From Auanema rhodensis (Eukaryota; Animalia; Nematoda): a stretch of DNA of 64,000 nt. The position numbers were made by a program, and so were the translations under genes. The DNA lies in the NCBI GenBank assembly GCA_964057225.1, contig OZ059894.1:24180001-24244000 (forward strand), written 5' to 3'. Each line of letters begins with the position of its first letter. The stretch's first letter is position 1. The notes under the pieces are model-generated. The model saw nothing but the letters and a program-made list of their open reading frames with translations, was not told the origin of the DNA and made no database searches. Of this stretch, positions 53,360-64,000 are shown in pieces.

Positions 53360-56300
53360 TCTAAAAACAAATTTTTATTGATATTGGTGCATGGTAACCA
53401 TGACTTTGAAATTTACGTGAACTTTAATTTATGCTAATTAAATGTACACGTGATGTGCCCTCGGTATGTAACTCGCTTCACGTGAAAGATAAAGAGATGC
53501 GGTTTTCAAAATTAGATTCCCCATGTCCATATTAGTCTAAAAACAAATTTTTATTGATATTGGTGCATGGTAACCATGACTTTGAAATTTACGTGAACTT
53601 TAATTTATGCTAATTAAATGTACACGTGATGTGCACTTGGTATGTAACTCGCTTCACGTGAAAGATAAAGAAATGCGGTTTTCAAAATTAGATTCCCCAT
53701 GTCCATATTAGTCTAAAAACAAATTTTTATTGATATTGGTGCATGGTAACCATGACTTTGAAATTTACGTGAACTTTAATTTATGCTAATTAAATGTACA
53801 CGTGATGTGCACTCGGTATGTAACTCGCTTCACGTAAAAGATAAAGAGATGCGGTTTTCAAAATTAAATTTCCCATGTCCATATTAGTCTAAAAACAAAT
53901 TTTTATTGATATTGGTGCATGGTAACCATGACTTTGAAATTTACGTGAACTTTAATTTATGCTAATTAAATGTACACGTGATGTGCACTTGGTATGTAAC
54001 TCGCTTCACGTGAAAGATAAAGAGATGCGGTTTTCAAAATTAGATTCCCCATGTCCATATTAGTCTAAAAACAAATTTTTATTGATATTGGTTCATGGTA
54101 ACCATGACTTTGAAATTTACGTGAACTTTAATTTATGCTAATTAAATGTACACGTGATGTGCACTTGGTATGTAACTCGCTTCACGTGAAAGATAAAGAG
54201 ATGCGGTTTTCAAAATTAGATTCCCCCTGTCCATATTAGTCTAAAAACAAATTTTTATTGATATTGGTTCATGGTAACCATGACTTTGAAATTTACGTGA
54301 ACTTTAATTTATGCTAATTAAATGTACACGTGATGTGCACTTGGTATGTAACTCGCTTCACGTGAAAGATAAAGAGATGCGGTTTTCAAAATTAGATTCC
54401 CCATGTCCATATTAGTCTAAAAACAAATTTTATTGATATTGGTTCATGGTAACCATGACTTTGAAATTTACGTGAACTTTAATTTATGCTAATTAAATGT
54501 ACACGTGATGTGCACTTGGTATGTAACTCGCTTCACGTGAAAGATAAAGAGATGCGGTTTTCAAAATTAGATTCCCCATGTCCATATTAGTCTAAAAACA
54601 AATTTTTATTGATATTGGTGCATGGTAACCATGACTTTGAAATTTACGTGAACTTTAATTTATGCTAATTAAATGTACAAGTGATGTGCACTTGGTATGT
54701 AACTCGCTTCACGTGAAAGATAAAGAGATGCGGTTTTCAAAATTAGATTCCCCATGTCCATATTAGTCTAAAAACAAATTTTTATTGATATTGGTTCATG
54801 GTAACCATGACTTTGAAATTTACGTGAACTTCAATTTATGCTAATTAAATGTACACGTGATGTGCACTTGGTATGTAACTCGCTTCACGTGAAAGATGAA
54901 GAGATGCGGTTTTCAAAATTAGATTCCCTATGTCCATATTAGTCTAAAAACAAATTTTTATTGATATTGGTTCATGGTAACCATGACTTTGAAATTTACG
55001 TGAACTTTAATTTATGCTAATTAAATGTACACGTGATGTGCACTTGGTATGTAACTCGCTTCACGTGAAAGATAAAGAGATGCGGTTTTCAAAATTAGAT
55101 TCCCCATGTCCATATTAGTCTAAAAACAAATTTTTATTGATATTGGTGCATGGTAACCATGACTTTGAAATTTACGTGAACTTTAATTTATGCTAATTAA
55201 ATGTACACGTGATGTGCCCTCGGTATGTAACTCGCTTCACGTGAAAGATAAAGAGATGCGGTTTTCAAAATTAGATTCCCCATGTCCATATTAGTCTAAA
55301 AACAAATTTTTATTGATATTGGTGCATGGTAACCATGACTTTGAAATTTACGTGAACTTTAATTTATGCTAATTAAATGTACACGTGATGTGCACTTGGT
55401 ATGTAACTCGCTTCACGTGAAAGATAAAGAAATGCGGTTTTCAAAATTAGATTCCCCATGTCCATATTAGTCTAAAAACAAATTTTTATTGATATTGGTG
55501 CATGGTAACCATGACTTTGAAATTTACGTGAACTTTAATTTATGCTAATTAAATGTACACGTGATGTGCACTCGGTATGTAACTCGCTTCACGTAAAAGA
55601 TAAAGAGATGCGGTTTTCAAAATTAAATTTCCCATGTCCATATTAGTCTAAAAACAAATTTTTATTGATATTGGTGCATGGTAACCATGACTTTGAAATT
55701 TACGTGAACTTTAATTTATGCTAATTAAATGTACACGTGATGTGCACTTGGTATGTAACTCGCTTCACGTGAAAGATAAAGAGATGCGGTTTTCAAAATT
55801 AGATTCCCCATGTCCATATTAGTCTAAAAACAAATTTTTATTGATATTGGTTCATGGTAACCATGACTTTGAAATTTACGTGAACTTTAATTTATGCTAA
55901 TTAAATGTACACGTGATGTGCACTTGGTATGTAACTCGCTTCACGTGAAAGATAAAGAGATGCGGTTTTCAAAATTAGATTCCCCCTGTCCATATTAGTC
56001 TAAAAACAAATTTTTATTGATATTGGTTCATGGTAACCATGACTTTGAAATTTACGTGAACTTTAATTTATGCTAATTAAATGTACACGTGATGTGCACT
56101 TGGTATGTAACTCGCTTCACGTGAAAGATAAAGAGATGCGGTTTTCAAAATTAGATTCCACATGTCCATATTAGTCTAAAAACAAATTTTTATTGATATT
56201 GGTTCATGGTAACCATGACTTTGAAATTTACGTGAACTTTAATTTATGCTAATTAAATGTACACGTGATGTGCACTTGGTATGTAACTCGCTTCACGTGA

Positions 56301-56900
56301 AAGATAAAGAGATGCGGTTTTCAAAATTAGATTCCCCATGTCCATATTAGTCTAAAAACAAATTTTTATTGATATTGGTGCATGGTAACCATGACTTTGA
56401 AATTTACGTGAACTTTAATTTATGCTAATTAAATGTACACGTGATGTGCACTTGGTATGTAACTCGCTTCACGTGAAAGATAAAGAGATGCGGTTTTCAA
56501 AATTAGATTCCCCATGTCCATATTAGTCTAAAAACAAATTTTTATTGATATTGGTTCATGGTAACCATGACTTTGAAATTTACGTGAACTTCAATTTATG
56601 CTAATTAAATGTACACGTGATGTGCACTTGGTATGTAACTCGCTTCACGTGAAAGATGAAGAGATGCGGTTTTCAAAATTAGATTCCCTATGTCCATATT
56701 AGTCTAAAAACAAATTTTTATTGATATTGGTTCATGGTAACCATGACTTTGAAATTTACGTGAACTTTAATTTATGCTAATTAAATGTACACGTGATGTG
56801 CACTTGGTATGTAACTCGCTTCACGTGAAAGATAAAGAGATGCGGTTTTCAAAATTAGATTCCCCATGTCCATATTAGTCTAAAAACAAATTTTTATTGA
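53360..56900. repeat. Tandem duplication of a 10-monomer block (1759-bp offset = 10 x 176 - 1)
   Basis: A131C 53459/55218 and A19C 54227/55986, with G168A, T134C, G156A and G11A/C15T at the same offset. Confidence 0.9.
54428..54431. other. Only net indel seen: 1-bp deletion (T5 to T4), giving a 175-bp monomer starting at 54385
   Basis: AAACAAATTTTATTG instead of AAACAAATTTTTATTG. All downstream monomers are shifted by -1. Confidence 0.95.
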
Positions 56901-59900
56901 TATTGGTTCATGGTAACCATGACTTTGAAATTTACGTGAACTTCAATTTATGCTAATTAAATGTACACGTGATGTGCACTTGGTATGTAACTCGCTTCAC
57001 GTGAAAGATAAAGAGATGCGGTTTTCAAAATTAGATTCCCCATGTCCATATTAGTCTAAAAACAAATTTTTATTGATATTGGTTCATGGTAACCATGACT
57101 TTGAAATTTACGTGAACTTTAATTTATGCTAATTAAATGTACACGTGATGTGCACTTGGTATGTAACTCGCTTCACGTGAAAGATAAAGAGATGCGGTTT
57201 TCAAAATTAGATTCCCCATGTCCATATTAGTCTAAAAACAAATTTTTATTGATATTGGTGCATGGTAACCATGACTTTGAAATTTACGTGAACTTTAATT
57301 TATGCTAATTAAATGTACACGTGATGTGCACTTGGTATGTAACTCGCTTCACGTGAAAGATAAAGAGATGCGGTTTTCAAAATTAGATTCCCCATGTCCA
57401 TATTAGTCTAAAAACAAATTTTTATTGATATTGGTTCATGGTAACCATGACTTTGAAATTTACGTGAACTTCAATTTATGCTAATTAAATGTACACGTGA
57501 TGTGCACTTGGTATGTAACTCGCTTCACGTGAAAGATAAAGAGATGCGGTTTTCAAAATTAGATTCCCCATGTCCATATTAGTCTAAAAACAAATTTTTA
57601 TTGATATTGGTTCATGGTAACCATGACTTTGAAATTTACGTGAACTTCAATTTATGCTAATTAAATGTACACGTGATGTGCACTTGGTATGTAACTCGCT
57701 TCACGTGAAAAATAAAGAGATGCGGTTTTCAAAATTAGATTCCCCATGTCCATATTAGTCTAAAAACAAATTTTTATTGATATTGGTTCATGGTAACCAT
57801 GACTTTGAAATTTACGTGAACTTTAATTTATGCTAATTAAATGTACACGTGATGTGCACTTGGTATGTAACTCGCTTCACGTGAAAGATAAAGAGATGCG
57901 GTTTTCAAAATTAGATTCCCCATGTCCATATTAGTCTAAAAACAAATTTTTATTGATATTGGTGCATGGTAACCATGACTTTGAAATTTACGTGAACTTT
58001 AATTTATGCTAATTAAATGTACACGTGATGTGCACTTGGTATGTAACTCGCTTCACGTGAAAGATAAAGAGATGCGGTTTTCAAAATTAGATTCCCCATG
58101 TCCATATTAGTCTAAAAACAAATTTTTATTGATATTGGTTCATGGTAACCATGACTTTGAAATTTACGTGAACTTCAATTTATGCTAATTAAATGTACAC
58201 GTGATGTGCACTTGGTATGTAACTCGCTTCACGTGAAAGATAAAGAGATGCGGTTTTCAAAATTAGATTCCCCATGTCCATATTAGTCTAAAAACAAATT
58301 TTTATTGATATTGGTGCATGGTAACCATGACTTTGAAATTTACGTGAACTTTAATTTATGCTAATTAAATGTACACGTGATGTGCACTTGGTATGTAACT
58401 CGCTTCACGTGAAAGATAAAGAGATGCGGTTTTCAAAATTAGATTCCCCATGTCCATATTAGTCTAAAAACAAATTTTTATTGATATTGGTTCATGGTAA
58501 CCATGACTTTGAAATTTACGTGAACTTCAATTTATGCTAATTAAATGTACACGTGATGTGCACTTGGTATGTAACTCGCTTCACGTGAAAGATAAAGAGA
58601 TGCGGTTTTCAAAATTAGATTCCCCATGTCCATATTAGTCTAAAAACAAATTTTTATTGATATTGGTTCATGGTAACCATGACTTTGAAATTTACGTGAA
58701 CTTCAATTTATGCTAATTAAATGTACACGTGATGTGCACTTGGTATGTAACTCGCTTCACGTGAAAGATAAAGAGATGCGGTTTTCAAAATTAGATTCCC
58801 CATGTCCATATTAGTCTAAAAACAAATTTTTATTGATATTGGTTCATGGTAACCATGACTTTGAAATTTACGTGAACTTCAATTTATGCTAATTAAATGT
58901 ACACGTGATGTGCACTTGGTATGTAACTCGCTTCACGTGAAAGATAAAGAGATGCGGTTTTCAAAATTAGATTCCCCATGTCCATATTAGTCTAAAAACA
59001 AATTTTTATTGATATTGGTTCATGGTAACCATGACTTTGAAATTTACCTGAACTTTAATTTATGCTAATTAAATGTACACGTGATGTGCACTTGGTATGT
59101 AACTCGCTTCACGTGAAAGATAAAGAGATGCGGTTTTCAAAATTAGATTCCCCATGTCCATATTAGTCTAAAAACAAATTTTTATTGATATTGGTGCATG
59201 GTAACCATGACTTTGAAATTTACGTGAACTTTAATTTATGCTAATTAAATGTACACGTGATGTGCACTTGGTATGTAACTCGCTTCACGTGAAAGATAAA
59301 GAGATGCGGTTTTCAAAATTAGATTCCCCATGTCCATATTAGTCTAAAAACAAATTTTTATTGATATTGGTTCATGGTAACCATGACTTTGAAATTTACG
59401 TGAACTTTAATTTATGCTAATTAAATGTACACGTGATGTGCACTTGGTATGTAACTCGCTTCACGTGAAAGATAAAGAGATGCGGTTTTCAAAATTAGAT
59501 TCCCCATGTCCATATTAGTCTAAAAACAAATTTTTATTGATATTGGTTCATGGTAACCATGACTTTGAAATTTACGTGAACTTCAATTTATGCTAATTAA
59601 ATGTACACGTGATGTGCACTTGGTATGTAACTCGCTTCACGTGAAAGATAAAGAGATGCGGTTTCCAAAATTAGATTCCCCATGTCCATATTAGTCTAAA
59701 AACAAATTTTTATTGATATTGGTTCATGGTAACCATGACTTTGAAATTTACGTGAACTTTAATTTATGCTAATTAAATGTACACGTGATGTGCACTTGGT
59801 ATGTAACTCGCTTCACGTGAAAGATAAAGAGATGCGGTTTTCAAAATTAGATTCCCCATGTCCATATTAGTCTAAAAACAAATTTTTATTGATATTGGTG

Positions 59901-60369
59901 CATGGTAACCATGACTTTGAAATTTACGTGAACTTTAATTTATGCTAATTAAATGTACACGTGATGTGCACTTGGTATGTAACTCGCTTCACGTGAAAGA
60001 TAAAGAGATGCGGTTTTCAAAATTAGATTCCCCATGTCCATATTAGTCTAAAAACAAATTTTTATTGATATTGGTTCATGGTAACCATGACTTTGAAATT
60101 TACGTGAACTTTAATTTATGCTAATTAAATGTACACGTGATGTGCACTTGGTATGTAACTCGCTTCACGTGAAAGATAAAGAGATGCGGTTTTCAAAATT
60201 AGATTCCCCATGTCCATATTAGTCTAAAAACAAATTTTTATTGATATTGGTGCATGGTAACCATGACTTTGAAATTTACGTGAACTTTAATTTATGCTAA
60301 TTAAATGTACACGTGATGTGCCCTTGGTATGTAACTCGCTTCACGTGAAAGATAAAGAGATGCGGTTTT

Positions 60370-63300
60370 CAAAATTAGATTCCCCATGTCCATATTAGTC
60401 TAAAAACAAATTTTTATTGATATTGGTGCATGGTAACCATGACTTTGAAATTTACGTGAACTTTAATTTATGCTAATTAAATGTACACGTGATGTGCACT
60501 TGGTATGTAACTCGCTTCACGTGAAAGATAAAGAGATGCGGTTTTCAAAATTAGATTCCCCATGTCCATATTAGTCTAAAAACAAATTTTTATTGATACT
60601 GGTTCATGGTAACCATGACTTTGAAATTTACGTGAACTTTAATTTATGCTAATTAAATGTACACGTGATGTGCACTTGGTATGTAACTCGCTTCACGTGA
60701 AAGATAAAGAGATGCGGTTTTCAAAATTAGATTCCCCATGTCCATATTAGTCTAAAAACAAGTTTTTATTGATATTGGTTCATGGTAACCATGACTTTGA
60801 AATTTACGTGAACTTCAATTTATGCTAATTAAATGTACACGTGATGTGCACTTGGTATGTAACTCGCTTCACGTGAAAGATAAAGAGATGCGGTTTCCAA
60901 AATTAGATTCCCCATGTCCATATTAGTCTAAAAACAAATTTTTATTGATATTGGTGCATGGTAACCATGACTTTGAAATTTACGTGAACTTTAATTTATG
61001 CTAATTAAATGTACACGTGATGTGCACTTGGTATGTAACTCGCTTCACGTGAACGATAAAGAGATGCGGTTTTCAAAATTAGATTCCCCATGTCCATATT
61101 AGTCTAAAAACAAATTTTTATTGATATTGGTTCATGGTAACCATGACTTTGAAATTTACGTGAACTTTAATTTATGCTAATTAAATGTACACGTGATGTG
61201 CACTTGGTATGTAACTCGCTTCACGTGAAAGATAAAGAGATGCGGTTTTCAAAATTAGATTCCCCATGTCCATATTAGTCTAAAAACAAATTTTTATTGA
61301 TATTGGTGCATGGTAACCATGACTTTGAAATTTACGTGAACTTTAATTTATGCTAATTAAATGTACACGTGATGTGCACTTGGTATGTAACTCGCTTCAC
61401 GTGAAAGATAAAGAGATGCGGTTTTCAAAATTAGATTCCCCATGTCCATATTAGTCTAAAAACAAATTTTTAGTGATATTGGTTCATGGTAACCATGACT
61501 TTGAAATTTACGTGAACTTTAATTTATGCTAATTAAATGTACACGTGATGTGCACTTGGTATGTAACTCGCTTCACGTGAAAGATAAAGAGATGCGGTTT
61601 TCAAAATTAGATTCCCCATGTCCATATTAGTCTAAAAACAAATTTTTATTGATATTGGTTCATGGTAACCATGACTTTGAAATTTACGTGAACTTTAATT
61701 TATGCTAATTAAATGTACACGTGATGTGCACTTGGTATGTAACTCGCTTCACGTGAAAGATAAAGAGATGCGGTTTTCAAAATTAGATTCCCCATGTCCA
61801 TATTAGTCTAAAAACAAATTTTTATTGATATTGGTTCATGGTAACCATGACTTTGAAATTTACGTGAACTTTAATTTATGCTAATTAAATGTACACGTGA
61901 TGTGCACTTGGTATGTAACTCGCTTCACGTGAAAGATAAAGAGATGCGGTTTTCAAAATTAGATTCCCCATGTCCATATTAGTCTAAAAACAAATTTTTA
62001 TTGATATTGGTGCATGGTAACCATGACTTTGAAATTTACGTGAACTTTAATTTATGCTAATTAAATGTACACGTGATGTGCACTTGGTATGTAACTCGCT
62101 TCACGTGAAAGATAAAGAGATGCGGTTTTCAAAATTAGATTCCCCATGTCCATATTAGTCTAAAAACAAATTTTTATTGATATTGGTTCATGGTAACCAT
62201 GACTTTGAAATTTACGTGAACTTCAATTTATGCTAATTAAATGTACACGTGATGTGCACTTGGTATGTAACTCGCTTCACGTGAAAGATGAAGAGATGCG
62301 GTTTTCAAAATTAGATTCCCTATGTCCATATTAGTCTAAAAACAAATTTTTATTGATATTGGTTCATGGTAACCATGACTTTGAAATTTACGTGAACTTT
62401 AATTTATGCTAATTAAATGTACACGTGATGTGTACTTGGTATGTAACTCGCTTCACGTGAAAGATAAAGAGATGCGGTTTTCAAAATTAGATTCCCCATG
62501 TCCATATTAGTCTAAAAACAAATTTTTATTGATATTGGTGCATGGTAACCATGACTTTGAAATTTACGTGAACTTTAATTTATGCTAATTAAATGTACAC
62601 GTGATGTGCACTTGGTATGTAACTCGCTTCACGTGAAAGATAAAGAGATGCGGTTTTCAAAATTAGATTCCCCATGTCCATATTAGTCTAAAAACAAATT
62701 TTTATTGATACTGGTTCATGGTAACCATGACTTTGAAATTTACGTGAACTTTAATTTATGCTAATTAAATGTACACGTGATGTGCACTTGGTATGTAACT
62801 CGCTTCACGTGAAAGATAAAGAGATGCGGTTTTCAAAATTAGATTCCCCATGTCCATATTAGTCTAAAAACAAGTTTTTATTGATATTGGTTCATGGTAA
62901 CCATGACTTTGAAATTTACGTGAACTTCAATTTATGCTAATTAAATGTACACGTGATGTGCCCTTGGTATGTAACTCGCTTCACGTGAAAGATAAAGAGA
63001 TGCGGTTTCCAAAATTAGATTCCCCATGTCCATATTAGTCTAAAAACAAATTTTTATTGATATTGGTGCATGGTAACCATGACTTTGAAATTTACGTGAA
63101 CTTTAATTTATGCTAATTAAATGTACACGTGATGTGCACTTGGTATGTAACTCGCTTCACGTGAACGATAAAGAGATGCGGTTTTCAAAATTAGATTCCC
63201 CATGTCCATATTAGTCTAAAAACAAATTTTTATTGATATTGGTTCATGGTAACCATGACTTTGAAATTTACGTGAACTTTAATTTATGCTAATTAAATGT

Positions 63301-63600
63301 ACACGTGATGTGCACTTGGTATGTAACTCGCTTCACGTGAAAGATAAAGAGATGCGGTTTTCAAAATTAGATTCCCCATGTCCATATTAGTCTAAAAACA
63401 AATTTTTATTGATATTGGTGCATGGTAACCATGACTTTGAAATTTACGTGAACTTTAATTTATGCTAATTAAATGTACACGTGATGTGCACTTGGTATGT
63501 AACTCGCTTCACGTGAAAGATAAAGAGATGCGGTTTTCAAAATTAGATTCCCCATGTCCATATTAGTCTAAAAACAAATTTTTATTGATATTGGTTCATG
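60370..63600. repeat. Duplication with a 12-monomer (2112-bp) period
   Basis: T56C 60599/62711, A43G 60762/62874 and A159C 61054/63166 are all 2112 bp apart. Confidence 0.88.
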
Positions 63601-64000
63601 GTAACCATGACTTTGAAATTTACGTGAACTTTAATTTATGCTAATTAAATGTACACGTGATGTGCACTTGGTATGTAACTCGCTTCACGTGAAAGATAAA
63701 GAGATGCGGTTTTCAAAATTAGATTCCCCATGTCCATATTAGTCTAAAAACAAATTTTTATTGATATTGGTGCATGGTAACCATGACTTTGAAATTTACG
63801 TGAACTTTAATTTATGCTAATTAAATGTACACGTGATGTGCACTTGGTATGTAACTCGCTTCACGTGAAAGATAAAGAGATGCGGTTTTCAAAATTAGAT
63901 TCCCCATGTCCATATTAGTCTAAAAACAAATTTTTATTGATATTGGTTCATGGTAACCATGACTTTGAAATTTACGTGAACTTCAATTTATGCTAATTAA

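Larger units (their letters stand above)
1..64000. repeat. Tandem satellite DNA array, 176-bp monomer, about 363.6 copies, highly homogeneous (candidate centromeric/pericentromeric satellite)
   Basis: TTCAAAATTAGATTCCCC recurs at 1, 177, and so on. The 60-column layout returns to the same phase every 2640 bp (15 x 176: 1, 2641, 5281 ... 52801). The phase shifts by 1 bp after about 54431, and the last monomer starts at 63888. A hand count gives 56/176 G+C. No non-repeat sequence was seen. The centromeric role is inferred only. Confidence 0.99.

Noticed and set aside
1-64000. CRISPR array or other repeat-spacer system
   Set aside because: The palindromic motifs are separated by identical sequence rather than unique spacers, and there are no cas or other genes.
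1-64000. Tandem 5S rRNA, tRNA, snRNA or spliced-leader gene array
   Set aside because: The monomer is about 32% GC, with no recognisable 5S sequence, tRNA cloverleaf or Pol III A/B/C boxes.
1-64000. Embedded transposon, inversion or telomeric repeat
   Set aside because: Monomer phase and orientation are continuous throughout apart from one 1-bp deletion, and I saw no foreign sequence while reading through.
1-64000. Wholly artificial or collapsed-assembly repeat
   Set aside because: Duplicated blocks carry private differences (e.g. A36G at 37348 and G80A at 38976 in only one copy of the 23-mer), as expected for real, diverging copies. Local misassembly cannot be excluded without reads.

Overview
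The whole 64,000-bp window is one uninterrupted head-to-tail array of a 176-bp AT-rich satellite (about 32% GC): 363 complete monomers plus a 113-bp partial copy, all in one orientation and running off both ends. The monomer consensus, phased from window position 1, is TTCAAAATTAGATTCCCCATGTCCATATTAGTCTAAAAACAAATTTTTATTGATATTGGTKCATGGTAACCATGACTTTGAAATTTACGTGAACTTTAATTTATGCTAATTAAATGTACACGTGATGTGCACTTGGTATGTAACTCGCTTCACGTGAAAGATAAAGAGATGCGGTT. Copies usually differ from it by 0-3 substitutions, and I found only one net indel (1 bp, near 54431). I see no genes, RNA genes, transposons or CRISPR spacers; the single 60-aa ORF comes from a stop-loss substitution in one monomer. The size, homogeneity and dyad content fit a eukaryotic centromeric or pericentromeric satellite, but that role is an inference and I cannot name the family or species. 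The informative structure is (i) a monomer dense in palindromes with three regularly spaced ACGTGA motifs, (ii) a patchwork of recent block duplications at 2-24 monomer spacing, readable from shared rare variants, with no single fixed higher-order repeat, (iii) variant subfamilies confined to parts of the array, and (iv) little sign of CpG deamination. I found no evidence of a novel gene-encoded system. Variants are named by monomer position (e.g. C146A) and were read by eye, so block edges are approximate.
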